Notes: generated by a model from the sequence alone, not told the origin. Shown: positions 49,032 through 61,331, counted from the first letter of the stretch. The stretch: DNA of 64,000 bases from an uncultured Chloroflexia bacterium (GCA_963749705.1 CAVVNQ010000006.1:32001-96000); one strand, 5' to 3'. A program made the numbers and translations.

Positions 49032-50297
49032 CTAGCTCGTCGCCCCCTCGTAATCGTCGTCGTCCGGCTCCACGTCGAGCGTTGCCAGGATCTCGTCCGC
49101 CGACGTCACCGCATCCCCCGGGTCCTGAGCCCCTTCAGCGAGGTACGACTCGACGGCAGCGTCGAGGCCGACATCCTTGCCGGCCTGCTCGGACAGCAGC
49201 CATTTGTGCATGAGCACGTCACAGTAGGCCTGGACGAGGTCGCGCTCGGGGCCGACCGCGCTCGCGATCCGCGCCTGGGTCGGTCGGTAGACCCCGCGCA
49301 GCCAGCGCTCCGCGGCTTCCTCCGGCGAGATCGGGCGCCGCTCGTCGAACTCCAGCCAGGCGGCGTATTCGTTGAGGTCGTTGAGCAGGATCCGCGCCTG
49401 GCCCTCGAGCGCCCGCAGCCGCGTCCGGCGCTCCAGCTCGTTGGCGTGGTAGCGACGCGTGGTCACCGAGGTCCGCAGCCGGACGGATCCGAGCGTGCCC
49501 ACGGGGTCCACCTCGACATCGACCGAGAAGCCCAGCTCATTGAGCCGCCGCAGCCTGGCGCGGATTGCCTGGCGATCGCCCGGGATGAGATCGGGCTCGT
49601 CGTGCAGCTCGTTCCACACCGCCTCATAGCGCGTCCGGACGGATTCCGCGGCATTGATCGCGTCGTCGATGTCCTCGGACCCCTGGTACGCCGCGAGATC
49701 GGCCAGTCCGAACGCCACGTTCTCGACCAGGATGTCGAGGTCGAACCGCCGCTGGCCGTCCGAGAGACCCGGGTGAACCTCGCTCGTCTCGGCGTCGACG
49801 AGATAGGCCTGGATCCGGTCGCCATCCGGTTGGAACAGCGTGTTGGCGAGCGAGCAGTCGCCCCAGTACACGCCGCCACGGTGGAGGTCGACCAGCAGGA
49901 GGGCCATGGCGTCGAGGAGCCGGTCGCGGTCGTCACGGCGCACGATCCGGAACCGCATCAGGAGGCGGCGGTACTGCATCGAATGCCTGAGGTACTCGGT
50001 GACCAGGATCGCGGCACCATCGGATCGCTCCGCCAGCCCGACCGCCCTGACCCCGGGCAGGCGCGCGTCCTCGAGGTGGCGCAGGACCGCGTACTCCTTC
50101 TGTGCGATCTCGGCCGGCTCCTCCTTGAGCGCGTAGATGGTGCCCTCCGAGACCATGAACCTCACCAGGTGCCGCGACGGGCCGACGGGGATCTCGCGGA
50201 ACCGGTGCGTGTCCACCTCCCACTGGCCGAGCGGGCGCTCCCAGGGAAGGTCGAGCAGCCCGGCGACCTCGTCGCGCAATCGGAGCCGGGGAAGCAT
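49032..50297 (-). CDS. DUF4032 / LPS-kinase-like protein
   Basis: LLDLPW..PL..W, SRHLVRF, WGDCSLANTLF, AYLVDAET, HKWLLSE. Confidence 0.88.
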   Translation of the reverse strand: MLPRLRLRDEVAGLLDLPWERPLGQWEVDTHRFREIPVGPSRHLVRFMVSEGTIYALKEEPAEIAQKEYAVLRHLEDARLPGVRAVGLAERSDGAAILVTEYLRHSMQYRRLLMRFRIVRRDDRDRLLDAMALLLVDLHRGGVYWGDCSLANTLFQPDGDRIQAYLVDAETSEVHPGLSDGQRRFDLDILVENVAFGLADLAAYQGSEDIDDAINAAESVRTRYEAVWNELHDEPDLIPGDRQAIRARLRRLNELGFSVDVEVDPVGTLGSVRLRTSVTTRRYHANELERRTRLRALEGQARILLNDLNEYAAWLEFDERRPISPEEAAERWLRGVYRPTQARIASAVGPERDLVQAYCDVLMHKWLLSEQAGKDVGLDAAVESYLAEGAQDPGDAVTSADEILATLDVEPDDDDYEGATS

Positions 50298-50340
50298 CAG
50301 ACGGCAATCGGCGGTGGGACGCCCGGCAGGGTCGGCCCGC

Positions 50341-50777
50341 TCAGGTCCGCTTCCGCAGGTAGGTGGTGATGCCGGCGTCGTAGCCAAGCGATTCGTACAG
50401 CTGGCGCGCCTCCGGGCGATGATGCCCGGCCGTGATCTCCAGGTACGCGGCACCCTCGTCGGTGGCCACCCGCTCGGCCTCGGTCATCAGGACCCGGCCG
50501 ACACCGCGCTCCCTGACGAGCGGGTCGACGACCAGGGTGACGATCCTCACGAAGCGATCGTCCGTCTCGAAGCGCGGGATGACGTGGAACGCGATGAACC
50601 CGGCCACGTCCCCGCCCGCCTCGGCGACCACGACCCGCGACCCGGCTGCCGAGAATCGCTCGATCCGGGCGGCCAGGTCCGTTGCCCCGGCCGGATAGCC
50701 CTCGTCAGTGAGCAGGGTCGCGAGACGCTCGGCGTCTTCCTCGCGGGCGTCGCGGAGCGAGATCCGGGCTGCGTCGT

Positions 50778-50781
<4 letters not shown>
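50341..50781 (-). CDS. GNAT-family N-acetyltransferase
   Basis: LVVDP..RERGVGRVL, LYESLGY. Confidence 0.9.
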
Positions 50782-51565
<784 letters not shown>

Positions 51566-51569
<4 letters not shown>

Positions 51570-52396
51570 TCGAGCAGCATGTCCGGCGCCTCGCCGATCG
51601 ACGCGAACCCCAGCCGCTCGTACATGCGCCGCGCCGGCACGTTGCCGCTGAACACGCCGAGGTACGTGAACCGCACGTCGGGGCGCGCGGCGGTCGCCAC
51701 CACCTGTCGGGTGACAAGCGCCCCGAGCCCGCGCCCGCGGAACCCCGGCCGGGTGCCGATCGACGACAGATAGGTGCAGCCGTCGAACGTGGTCGCCTTG
51801 GCCACGGCGGCCGGGACCCCGTCGACGCGCGCGAGCGCCAGCGCGATCCGGGGATCATCGAGGGTCAGCCGGAGATCACCGGCCAGCTCGTCGGTGCGGC
51901 GGGGCGGGGCGCCGAACGCATCCACCAGGACGCCCGCCACGTCGGCGACATCGTTCACCGTTGCGTCCGTGGGTCGCGTGATCGGTTGGACCGACACGCC
52001 AGCGTCGAGCTCGCCGTCGGCGATCGGTGCGCATGCCGCCGGATCCCGGAGCACCATCACGTGTCCCCCGCCGACGTCCTGGAACCCGTTCGCTTCGAGC
52101 CGCTGCACGAGATCGGACGGCCGCGCGTGATCCGGCGACGGCCAGATGTGCGGCCTTCTGGCGACCAGCCCGAACAGCGCCAGGGCTTCTGTCAGCCGCC
52201 GGTCGAACGCCGCCGGGTCATCGGGCCAGCGGATGCTCACCATGCGGTTCCAGAACGGGTCGACGTCGCGCGGGTCGAGCAGCAACAGTGCGTCGCCGAG
52301 GTCACGTACCTCCCGAGACGGGATGGCGTGGGCGTCGGTCTCGTGCCGCTCGAGGCGTCGGATGGTCGCGTCGTCGAGACGCAGCGTGCGGGTCAC
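51566..52396 (-). CDS. GNAT-family N-acetyltransferase (C-terminal domain)
   Basis: IGTRPGFRGRGLG, N.PARRMYERLGF; TATCGT -10 seven nt before GTG. Confidence 0.88.
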
Positions 52397-52665
52397 GTCG
52401 CCCACGATAGCCAACGGGTGCTCGGCCGCCGCACCACGCGCAACGCGCCCGCCCACCAACCCGCCGCCACTCCCGCCCGCCGCGACCCTCGCCCGCCGCG
52501 ACTCACCTGGCGCGTCAGATCTCGGGCCAGCCTGGCGGATTGGGACGTGATCGGCCACAGATGCCGCCAAAACCCGCGTCTGGGGGCCGGCCCGATGCGC
52601 CTCGTGAGTCAGGAGCTCGCCGCGGCGAGCGGCGCCGATCGAGCGAACCGCGCGGTGCGCCCGCC

Positions 52666-53676
52666 TCAGTCGCGCTGGAGGACGATCGCCGACGCCCCGG
52701 ATGGCAGGTCCAGCAGCTCCGGCGTCGGCAGGCCCGCGGCGGAGAACCAGCCGAGCGCCTCGGACCGGGTCACCAGGCGCGTGCCCTGGAGCAGCTCGTC
52801 GAGCTGGACCCCGGCGATCAGCTCGCCATGGCGCGTTCTCAGCTCATCGGGGTCCGACGGCAGGTACCAGTCCAACGCCACGAGCCAGCCTCCCGGGCGG
52901 ACCGCAGCCCACGCGGCACGCAGCGCGGCCGCCGGGTCCGGCAGCTGGTGGAGCGCGTACTGGTAGTACGCGAGCTGGACCTCGCCCACGTGGTCGATCG
53001 AGGTGACATCGTTCTGCTCGATCGTGATCCGAGTCGAGAGCCCGGCCGCCTCGACGTTCGCACGCGCCCGGGCCACGGAGTCCGGCTCGAACTCGACGCC
53101 GATCAGCGACACGTCCGGGAAGCGGCGCGCCATGTTGATCAGCCAGCGTCCGCCGCCGCAGTGGATGTCGAGGATCCTGGCGCCGGCCACCAGACCCACC
53201 ACCAGCTGCGGCAGGGCGGCCAGGACCTCCTGGAAGAACACGGCGATGTCCTGGACGGTCAGCCGCTCGATGGCCACGCGATACCGCTCGGGACGGCTTG
53301 CGACCGGCTTGCCGGTCCGGAACACGTCGAGCAGCGAGCCGTAGTCGAGGCTCCCGGTCGCCGCATGACGGAACTGGCCACCGAGGTACTCGGACGAGTT
53401 GGGCTCGAGCAGGATGGCCCCGATGTCGTCGGGCATGCAGAGCCTGCCGTCCGCGATCTCGACCAGGTCGTGCGCGTCGGCACCCCAGGCCCAGCGACCC
53501 ACGAGCTTCGCCGACGTCCCGGTCGCCGCGGCCAGGTCTGCGGTCGTGAGGCCCGATGCGCCGGCCTCACGGAGCCGCGCGAACAGCCCGAGCTCCAGGC
53601 CCACGAACACGTACCACGTCCTGTAGAAGCCGCCGAGGCTGGCGACCATGTCGTCGAAGCGGTCGTCGAGGCTCAT
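52666..53676 (-). CDS. Class I SAM-dependent methyltransferase with N-terminal winged helix
   Basis: GLELGLF, ILDIHCGGG, ALHQLPDP, RPGG. Confidence 0.88.
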   Translation of the reverse strand: MSLDDRFDDMVASLGGFYRTWYVFVGLELGLFARLREAGASGLTTADLAAATGTSAKLVGRWAWGADAHDLVEIADGRLCMPDDIGAILLEPNSSEYLGGQFRHAATGSLDYGSLLDVFRTGKPVASRPERYRVAIERLTVQDIAVFFQEVLAALPQLVVGLVAGARILDIHCGGGRWLINMARRFPDVSLIGVEFEPDSVARARANVEAAGLSTRITIEQNDVTSIDHVGEVQLAYYQYALHQLPDPAAALRAAWAAVRPGGWLVALDWYLPSDPDELRTRHGELIAGVQLDELLQGTRLVTRSEALGWFSAAGLPTPELLDLPSGASAIVLQRD

Positions 53677-53752
53677 CAGGCCGATTGTGACATGCTCACC
53701 CGGATGCCCCCGCACCGCAGCGCACCCGCGGTTGCCGCTCACGTGACCGGCC

Positions 53753-53780
53753 TGCAACCGCGGAACGGCCGAGCGTGTTA
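53753..53780 (+). promoter_or_regulatory. Putative ECF-type autoregulatory promoter
   Basis: TGCAAC ... CGTGTTA just before the sigma start. Confidence 0.4.
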
Positions 53781-53789
53781 CAGATGGTG

Positions 53790-54368
53790 ATGGACGACAC
53801 GGAGCTCACCGAGCGCCTCGCGCGCGACCTCGACGGCGCATTCGAGACCCTGGTCCGGACGCACGTGGATCGATGCCACGCGATCGCGCTCCGGGTGCTG
53901 GGCAACCCGCACGATGCCGAGGAGATTGCCCAGGATGCGCTCGTGCGTGCCTACCGCGCCCTGGCGGGATACGAGCCGGACCGGATCCGGGCGCTGCAGA
54001 TCCGGCCATGGCTGGCGACGATCGTCGTCAACCTGTGCCGCAACCGTGTCCGCCGCCACGCCCTGCCGACGACGCCCCTTGCGCCGCTGGTCGAGGCGGG
54101 TCGCGAGCCGGCCGCCGGTGCCTCGACCGATCCGGCGGGGCTGGCATCGCAGTCGGCCGTCACCGACCGGCTGGCGGCGCTGCTGGCGGCCCTTCCCGAT
54201 CGCTACCGGATACCCGTCGTCCTGCGCCACGTCGATGACCTCTCGTACGCCGAGCTGGCGCAGGTCCTCGGGCGCCCCGAGGGAACGCTCAAGGCCCAGG
54301 TCCACCGGGGTCTCGCGCTCCTTCGGGCGTCCGCGACCCAAACCGAGCTCGAGGAGCTGACCGCATGA
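53790..54368 (+). CDS. ECF sigma factor
   Basis: DAEEIAQD, WL.TI..NLCRN, LSYAELAQVLG.PEGTLKAQVHRG. Confidence 0.94.
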   Translation: MDDTELTERLARDLDGAFETLVRTHVDRCHAIALRVLGNPHDAEEIAQDALVRAYRALAGYEPDRIRALQIRPWLATIVVNLCRNRVRRHALPTTPLAPLVEAGREPAAGASTDPAGLASQSAVTDRLAALLAALPDRYRIPVVLRHVDDLSYAELAQVLGRPEGTLKAQVHRGLALLRASATQTELEELTA

Positions 54369-55204
54369 CACGATCGAATGGCACCGTGACCGACGCGCCC
54401 GCAGCGCTCACGGCCCTCGCCGCGGACCGGCCCGGGTCCCTCGCGCTCCTCGCGACCCCCGCACCGGCCCACCTTGCCGACGACGTCCTGGTCGAGGTCG
54501 GGCTGGTCGACCGGATGGCGCCGCTCGCCTCCCCCATCGGCACGCTCTGGATCGCGTGGAACGGCCGCGGCGTGTCCGAGGTCGAGCAGGCCGAGGATGG
54601 TCCTGCTGCCGCCGCTCGTCACGAGGCGGCCGTCGGCCGCCGCACGGTGCTGGCGGCGACCCTCCCCCGATCCCTGGCCGATGCGATCGCACGCCGGCTC
54701 GCCGGTGAGCGGCGGGTGCGGATCCCGCTCGACCTCCGCGGCCGAACCGAGTTCGAGGTCGCGGTGTGGACCAAGGCGCTCGAGATCCCGCGGGGCGAGG
54801 TGCGGCCATACGGCTGGATCGCCGCCGAGATCGGGCGCCCGAAGGCGGTGCGGGCGGTCGGGACGGCGCTCGGGCACAACCCGGTGCCGTTGATCGTCCC
54901 CTGCCACCGCGTGGTTCGCACCGACGGCACCATCGGCCAGTACTCGCTGGGCGGACCGCACAACAAGCGGACCATCCTGAGCGCGGAGGGACTGGATCCC
55001 GACGCGCTCGAGGGCGCCGCCCGGCGCGGCGAGCGGTTGAGCGGCTCGACCACGACGCGGATCGTCTGCTGGCCGACCTGCCGCCACGCGCGACGGGTCC
55101 AGGAGCGGTACCGGGTCTCGTTCCGGTCGCTGCGCGACGCGACGCAGTCGGGGTACCGCCCCTGCCGCATCTGCCGCCCGACCGCCATCGACACGGCCGC
55201 GTAA
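54365..55204 (+). CDS. ogt: O6-methylguanine-DNA methyltransferase with C-terminal Ada metal-binding domain
   Basis: IPRGEVRPY, RAVG, PCHRVV; then VCWPTC...GYRPCRICRP; ATGA overlap with the sigma gene. Confidence 0.92.
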   Translation: MTRSNGTVTDAPAALTALAADRPGSLALLATPAPAHLADDVLVEVGLVDRMAPLASPIGTLWIAWNGRGVSEVEQAEDGPAAAARHEAAVGRRTVLAATLPRSLADAIARRLAGERRVRIPLDLRGRTEFEVAVWTKALEIPRGEVRPYGWIAAEIGRPKAVRAVGTALGHNPVPLIVPCHRVVRTDGTIGQYSLGGPHNKRTILSAEGLDPDALEGAARRGERLSGSTTTRIVCWPTCRHARRVQERYRVSFRSLRDATQSGYRPCRICRPTAIDTAA

Positions 55205-55396
55205 GCCGCGGTCGACACGGCCGCACAAGCCGCGCTCGCCGACATCCCGCGGAGGCACACCCCGGGAACGACCCGCTGGCACTCGCCGCACCACGGCGAC
55301 CGGGCCGCTGCCTGCCCCGTAACTTGGACTATTCCGCTGGCACAAGCCGCCGCCGCTGGATACACTCCGCAAATCGATCACCAGGAGCCCCGAGCC

Positions 55397-56443
55397 ATGC
55401 GCCCGTCCGCCAGCCCCGTCGCCATCTGGGCAGGGATCATCGTCCTCTACTTCGTGTGGGGATCGACGTACCTGGGGATCCGGGTGGCCGTCGATACCAT
55501 TCCCCCGTTCGTGATGGGGTTCCTCCGGTTCGTCCCGGCTGGCCTGCTCCTCGCGGGTGCGATCGCGATCCGCAACCGGGCGACGATCCACCGCCCCAGC
55601 CCCCGCGAGATCGTCGACACCACGATCGTCGGCGGGATGCTGATGCTGGGTGGGATGGGCCTGGTGGCCTGGGGCGAGCAGACCGTCGCGTCGGGGATCG
55701 CCGCGCTCCTGATCGGCCTGCTGCCGATGTGGCTGGCGGTGTTCGGCTGGGTGTTCTTCCGCGATCGCCTGCCGTTCGCCGTCGTCGTAGGAATCGTGAT
55801 CGGCGTCGCGGGCGTGGCCATCCTTGCCTGGCCAACGGACGGCGTCGCCACGCTGGACCCGGCCGGCCTGGCCGCCCTGATCGTCTCGCCGATGTGCTGG
55901 TCGCTGGGCTCCCTGTACTCCGCGCGCAGGGCGGTGCTCCCGGCTCCGGCACTGTTCGCGACCGGGCTCGAGATGGTGGCCGGCGGGCTCATCCTGCTGA
56001 TCGCGGCGATCGTGACCGGCGAGATGGCGACCTTTGATCCGGCCGCCGTGTCCGCCGAGAGCTGGACCGGCGTCGCGTACCTGCTGGTGGTCGGCAGCCT
56101 CGTCGGCTTCACGACCTTCTCGTGGCTGCTGACCGTGGCGCCGCTGTCCAGGATCGCCACCTACGCCTACGTCAACCCGATCGTGGCCGTGTTCCTGGGC
56201 TGGCTGATCCTGGGCGAGCCGCTGACCGCTCGCACCGGGATCGCGGCGGTCGTGATCGTGGCCGCGGTCGCGCTGATCGTCACGGCGCGCGGCCGCGCGA
56301 CCAGCCGCGAGACCCACGAACCGGCGGAGGTGCTCGTTCCGGACGCAGAGCCGGTCGCGGAGCGCATCGCGCCCGCGACGGAGTCGCGCGTCGGAGCGAC
56401 GGAGTCGCGCGTCGGAGCGACGGAGCCGGCCGGCCCCGCCTGA
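55397..56443 (+). CDS. EamA/DMT-family transporter
   Basis: VWGSTYLGI, ~10 TM helices, TYAYVNP. Confidence 0.93.
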   Translation: MRPSASPVAIWAGIIVLYFVWGSTYLGIRVAVDTIPPFVMGFLRFVPAGLLLAGAIAIRNRATIHRPSPREIVDTTIVGGMLMLGGMGLVAWGEQTVASGIAALLIGLLPMWLAVFGWVFFRDRLPFAVVVGIVIGVAGVAILAWPTDGVATLDPAGLAALIVSPMCWSLGSLYSARRAVLPAPALFATGLEMVAGGLILLIAAIVTGEMATFDPAAVSAESWTGVAYLLVVGSLVGFTTFSWLLTVAPLSRIATYAYVNPIVAVFLGWLILGEPLTARTGIAAVVIVAAVALIVTARGRATSRETHEPAEVLVPDAEPVAERIAPATESRVGATESRVGATEPAGPA

Positions 56444-56455
56444 TCCGCCCGCCGC

Positions 56456-57664
56456 TCAGGCCGTCGGGCGCTCGAACCCCTGCGCGGGCCACGGCTCGCA
56501 GCGGAGCGGCCGGTCCTCCCGGTACCCAAGCGCGTAGTCCGCCTGGATCAGCGTGTGGAGCTGGCTGGTGCCTTCGTAGATGACCGCCGCCTTGGCGTTG
56601 CGCAGATAGCGCTCCACCGGGAACTCGTTGGAGTACCCGTTGGCGCCATGGACCTGGATCGCGTCCAGCGCGCACTGCACCGAGTGGTCCGTCGCGTGCC
56701 ACTTGGCGAGCGACGTCTCGCGCGTGTTGCGCAGGCCCTGGTTCTTGAGCCATGCAGCGCGCCACACGAGCATCCGGCCCATGTCGATCCCGCGGACCAT
56801 GTTGGCGATCATCTGCTTGACCAGCTGGTGGCGACCGATCTCCTGGCCGAACGTCTCCCGCTCGTGCGCATACCGAAGCGACGCGTCCAGGCACGCCTGC
56901 GCCAGCCCGACGGCACCGGCGGCAACGGTGAACCGGCCCTGGTCGATCGCGGTCATCGCGACCACGAACCCCTCGCCCTCCTCGCCGATCCGGTTCTCGA
57001 TCGGGACGCGGACGTTCTCGAAGTCGATGAGGCCGGTGTTGCCCGCCCGGATGCCCATCTTGCCGTGGAGGGTTCCGGTCGTCAGGCCGGGCATCCCCCG
57101 CTCGACCACGAATGCGGTCACGCCCTTATGCCGTTTCGCCCGGTCCACGGTCGCGAACACGAGGAAGTGGTCCGCGATGTCCGCCAGCGAGATCCAGATC
57201 TTGTGGCCGTTGAGGACGTAGCTGTCGCCGTCGCGACGTGCGGTGGTCGCGAGGCTGCCCGCATCGGTGCCCACGCCCGGCTCGGTCAGCGCGAACGTGG
57301 CGATCCTGTCGCCCTTCGCCTGGGGCACCAGCCAGCGCTGGCGCTGCTCCTCGGTGCCCCACTGGAGGAGGGTCAGGCTGTTGAGGCCGACGTGGACGCT
57401 CTGGATGACCCGGAACGCGGTGTCGGCGCGCTCCAGCTCCTCGCACAGCAGCGCGAAGCTGACGTAGTCCATCCCCGACCCGCCGTACTGCTCGGGGACG
57501 GGGGCGCCCAGGAACCCGAGCTCCGCCATCTTCCCGAACACCTCGCGATGGACCTCGCCCTGCTCGTCCCAGTCGCGGATGTGCGGCAGGATCTCGGCCT
57601 CCACGAACGCGCGGGCGGCGTCGCGGACGAGGCGGTTCTCGTCGGTCAGGGTGAAGTCGATCAC
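56456..57664 (-). CDS. Acyl-CoA dehydrogenase
   Basis: FALTEP..GTD, LNGHKIWI, R.TFG, HGANGY, IYEGTS. Confidence 0.96.
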   Translation of the reverse strand: MIDFTLTDENRLVRDAARAFVEAEILPHIRDWDEQGEVHREVFGKMAELGFLGAPVPEQYGGSGMDYVSFALLCEELERADTAFRVIQSVHVGLNSLTLLQWGTEEQRQRWLVPQAKGDRIATFALTEPGVGTDAGSLATTARRDGDSYVLNGHKIWISLADIADHFLVFATVDRAKRHKGVTAFVVERGMPGLTTGTLHGKMGIRAGNTGLIDFENVRVPIENRIGEEGEGFVVAMTAIDQGRFTVAAGAVGLAQACLDASLRYAHERETFGQEIGRHQLVKQMIANMVRGIDMGRMLVWRAAWLKNQGLRNTRETSLAKWHATDHSVQCALDAIQVHGANGYSNEFPVERYLRNAKAAVIYEGTSQLHTLIQADYALGYREDRPLRCEPWPAQGFERPTA

Positions 57665-57805
57665 GGTCGGGAAGGCCTCGATGACGGGCGCGAGCGGGCA
57701 TGTCCGGGGAGCGGTGGACGTCGCCTCATGCTACCGCTCGGCACTGCCGCGGGTGGGCCGCCCGGCACCTGACGAACTCCCGATCCGGCTCCCTATACTC
57801 GCTCC

Positions 57806-59110
57806 GTGGATACCATCGACAGCCCCTCCGACACCATCGATCTCGCGGCCCTCGCCGGCCCCAACCTGTCGCCGGTCCTGGGCCGGTACATGGACAAGAG
57901 CTGGTCGCACGGGATCGGCCACCGGCTGTACGACACGGCCGGCCGCGCGTACCTCGACTTCGCCAACGGCATCGCCGTCACCGCGCTCGGTCATACCCAC
58001 CCGCGCGTCACGGCCGCCATCCACGCCCAGGTGGACCGGCTGGTCGGGCCCGTGCACGCGATCGGGTTCGCGGAGTCGACCGTTCGCCTGGGCGAGCTCC
58101 TGGCCGGCACGTTCCCCGCGCCGCTGGACTCGGTGCTGTTCCTCAACTCCGGGTCCGAGGCCATCGATGGCGCGATCAAGCTCGCCCGACGGGTCACCGG
58201 GCGGCCCGCGATCCTCGCGTTCCGGGGCGCGTTCCACGGCCGGACGATCGGCGCCACCAGCATCACCAGCTCGAACCTCAACTACCGCAAGGGGTACGAG
58301 CCGCTCCTGCCGGCGGTCTACCAGCTGCCCTACCCGGCGGTCTACCGCGACTTCGACGGCGACGCGGCGCGGGCCACGACGGCATGCCTCGAGGCGATCG
58401 ACGACCTGCTCGAGACGACGGTCTCCCCCACCCAGGTTGCGGCCGTGGTCATCGAGTGCGTCCAGGGCGAGGGCGGGTACAACCCGGCACCGCCGGCGTT
58501 CGTCAAGGCGCTCCGCGCGCTGTGCGACCGGCACGGGATCCTGCTCATCGCCGACGAGGTGCAGTCCGGGTTCGGGCGGACCGGCGACATGTGGTCGTTC
58601 GAGGCGGCGGGAATCGTTCCCGATGTCGTGTGCGTGGCCAAGGCGATCGCCAACGGGCTGCCGCTGTCCGCGATCGTGACCAGCCGCGACCTCCAGGAGC
58701 GGTGGGGAAAGGGCGCCCACGGCACGACGTACGGTGGAAATCCCGTTGCGTGCGCGGCGGGTGTGGCCGTGCTCGAGACGATCCGCGACGAGGATCTGGT
58801 GGCGAACGCCCGCGCCCGGGGCGCCGAGCTGTCCGGCGGCCTGCGCGAGCTGATGGCCGACTACCCGGGCATCGGCGACGTGCGCGGACCGGGCCTCATG
58901 ATCGGCGTGGAGTTCGTCAAGGACCGCGCCACGCGCGAGCCCGACGGCGCGACCGCGGAGGCGGTGGCTGCCCGGGCGACGGATGCGGGGCTGCTGCTCC
59001 TCAACTGCGGGCTCCACCACGAGGTGATCCGCTGGATCCCGCCGCTGGACGTGACCGTTCCCGAGATCGAGGAAGCGCTGGGACTGTTCGAGGCCGCGCT
59101 CAAGGGCTGA
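57806..59110 (+). CDS. Class III aminotransferase (4-aminobutyrate aminotransferase-like)
   Basis: NSGSEA, FHGRT, QGEGG, DEVQSGFGRTG, AKAIANG, TYGGNP. Confidence 0.95.
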   Translation: MDTIDSPSDTIDLAALAGPNLSPVLGRYMDKSWSHGIGHRLYDTAGRAYLDFANGIAVTALGHTHPRVTAAIHAQVDRLVGPVHAIGFAESTVRLGELLAGTFPAPLDSVLFLNSGSEAIDGAIKLARRVTGRPAILAFRGAFHGRTIGATSITSSNLNYRKGYEPLLPAVYQLPYPAVYRDFDGDAARATTACLEAIDDLLETTVSPTQVAAVVIECVQGEGGYNPAPPAFVKALRALCDRHGILLIADEVQSGFGRTGDMWSFEAAGIVPDVVCVAKAIANGLPLSAIVTSRDLQERWGKGAHGTTYGGNPVACAAGVAVLETIRDEDLVANARARGAELSGGLRELMADYPGIGDVRGPGLMIGVEFVKDRATREPDGATAEAVAARATDAGLLLLNCGLHHEVIRWIPPLDVTVPEIEEALGLFEAALKG

Positions 59111-59197
59111 CCGCCCACCGGGGAGAGGACCGCCCGGGACCGCCGCCGATCGACGGTCCGTGCGCCGCTCCGCCTGCTCGGGCCGGCTTCCGCAACG

Positions 59198-61156
59198 CTA
59201 TCCGGACTCGCCGGTCCCGGCCTTCTCGCGGATGGCGTCCACGATCCCGCTGTCGGCGAGGGTCGTGACATCACCCAGCGGTCGGTGCTCGGCGATGTCC
59301 CTGAGCAGCCGGCGCATGATCTTGCCCGAACGGGTCTTGGGCAGCTCCGGCGTGAACAGGAGCTGCTTGGGCCGCGCGATCGCACCGATCTTGGCCGCGA
59401 CGTGCGCGCGGAGCTCGGTTGCGAGTGCCTCGGACGGCTCGATGTGCGACTTGAGGATCACGAACGCCGAGATCGCCTCACCGGTGACCGGGTCGGCTCG
59501 CCCCACGACGGCGGCTTCGGCGACCGATTGGTGGTCCACGAGCGCGGATTCCACCTCGGTGGTGCTGATCCGGTGCCCGGAGACCTTCATCACGTCATCG
59601 ACACGGCCGAGCAGCCAGAAGTAGCCGTCACTGTCGACCTTGCATCCGTCACCCGCGAAGTACATCCCGGGGAAGCGACGCCAGTAGGTGGACATGAACC
59701 GCTCGGGGTCCTTGTAGATGCCGCGCAGCATCGCGGGCCACGGCCGGGTCAGGACGAGGTAGCCCCCGCCGCCGCCGTTGGGGACGTCGTTGCCGTCGGC
59801 GTCGACCACCTTCGCCGCCAGACCCGGGAACGGGACCGTCGCCGAGCCGGGCCTGAGGGTCGTGACCCCCGGCAGCGGCGCGATGAGGATCATGCCCGTC
59901 TCGGTCTGCCACCAGGTGTCGACCACCGGGCACCTGCCGCCGCCGATGGTCGCGTGGTACCAGAGCCAGGCCTCCGGGTTGATCGGCTCGCCGACCGTAC
60001 CCAGCAGGCGCAGCGACGACAGATCGTGCTTCGCCGGCCAGGCTTCGCCCTGCTTCATGAACGCGCGGATCGCGGTCGGAGCGCAGTACAGGATCGAGAC
60101 CTTGTACCGCTCGATGATGGACCACCAGCGGTCCGGCTCCGGAAACTGGGGCCCGCCCTCGTACATGACGCTCGTCGTCGCATTGGCGAGCGGCCCGTAG
60201 ACGATGTAGGAATGGCCCGTGACCCAGCCGATGTCGGCCGCGCACCAGTACACGTCGTCCGGCTTGATATCGAAGATGTAGTGGTGCGTCGTGCTCACGC
60301 CGGTCAGATACCCGCCGGTGGTGTGCATGATGCCCTTGGGCTTCGCCGTCGTCCCGGACGTGTGCAGCAGGTAGAGCAGGTGCTCTGCGTCGACCTGGAC
60401 CGGATCGCACTGGTCCGACTGGCCGTCGACCAGCTCGTGCCACCAGTGATCCCTGCCCGCCTTCATGGTCACGTCGTTGCCGGTGCGCTTGACGACGAGG
60501 ACGTTCCTGATCGTCGGGGCGTTCGCGGCTGCCGCATCGGCGGCCGACTTGAGGTCCAGGACCTTGCCGTTGCGCCACGCGCCGTCGGAGGTGACGAGCG
60601 CGACTGCCTCGGAGTCGATCATCCGCCCCTCGAGGGCGTCGGAGCTGAAGCCGCCGAACACCACCACGTGAGGCGCGCCGATCTTGGCGCAGGCCAGCAT
60701 GGCGATCGGCAGCTCGGGGATCATCGGCATGTAGATGCCGACCCGATCCCCGGTCTTCACGCCCAGTGACGTCAGCGCGTTGGCGCACTTGTTGACCTCT
60801 CGCTGGAGGTCCGCATAGGTGAGCGTGCGCGTGTCCCCGGGCTCACCCTCCCAGTAGTACGCGACCTTCGAGCCGAGCCCGTTCTCCACGTGGCGATCCA
60901 CGCAGTTGTACGTCGCGTTGAGCTGACCGCCGAGGAACCACTTGGCATAGGGCAGGTCCCACTCGAGGACCTTGTCCCACGGCTTCATCCAGGTCAGCCG
61001 GCGCTGCGCCTGGTCGGCCCAGAACGCCTCCAGGTCCTGGTCCGCCTGCGCGTAGAGCTCCGCCGTCGCGTTGGCGTGCGCCGCCAGACCCTCGGGCGGC
61101 TTGAACTCCCGCAGCTCCTCGGACAGAGCCTCGATCTCGGGCCGCGTCACGCCCAT
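59198..61156 (-). CDS. acs: Acetyl-CoA synthetase (AMP-forming)
   Basis: [38 protein letters not shown]. Confidence 0.97.
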   Translation of the reverse strand: MGVTRPEIEALSEELREFKPPEGLAAHANATAELYAQADQDLEAFWADQAQRRLTWMKPWDKVLEWDLPYAKWFLGGQLNATYNCVDRHVENGLGSKVAYYWEGEPGDTRTLTYADLQREVNKCANALTSLGVKTGDRVGIYMPMIPELPIAMLACAKIGAPHVVVFGGFSSDALEGRMIDSEAVALVTSDGAWRNGKVLDLKSAADAAAANAPTIRNVLVVKRTGNDVTMKAGRDHWWHELVDGQSDQCDPVQVDAEHLLYLLHTSGTTAKPKGIMHTTGGYLTGVSTTHHYIFDIKPDDVYWCAADIGWVTGHSYIVYGPLANATTSVMYEGGPQFPEPDRWWSIIERYKVSILYCAPTAIRAFMKQGEAWPAKHDLSSLRLLGTVGEPINPEAWLWYHATIGGGRCPVVDTWWQTETGMILIAPLPGVTTLRPGSATVPFPGLAAKVVDADGNDVPNGGGGGYLVLTRPWPAMLRGIYKDPERFMSTYWRRFPGMYFAGDGCKVDSDGYFWLLGRVDDVMKVSGHRISTTEVESALVDHQSVAEAAVVGRADPVTGEAISAFVILKSHIEPSEALATELRAHVAAKIGAIARPKQLLFTPELPKTRSGKIMRRLLRDIAEHRPLGDVTTLADSGIVDAIREKAGTGESG

Positions 61157-61331
61157 GTATCACCTCCGGCAGCCCGCTACGGTGCTGGGACGAAGGCACG
61201 CGCCAGATCGCCGGCGCCGCAGCTCCGGATCCCAGCAGGGGGATTGACCTCGAACAGTAGTCAGCGGCGCGGCCCTGTCAAGCAGCGGCGCCGGCGTGTC
61301 AGGTGGACGCCCGATCAGGGTCCGGCTCCGA

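Noticed and set aside
52666-53676. Inactive methyltransferase (DIHCGGG instead of DxGCGxG)
   Set aside because: This motif position is variable; not enough to claim loss of function
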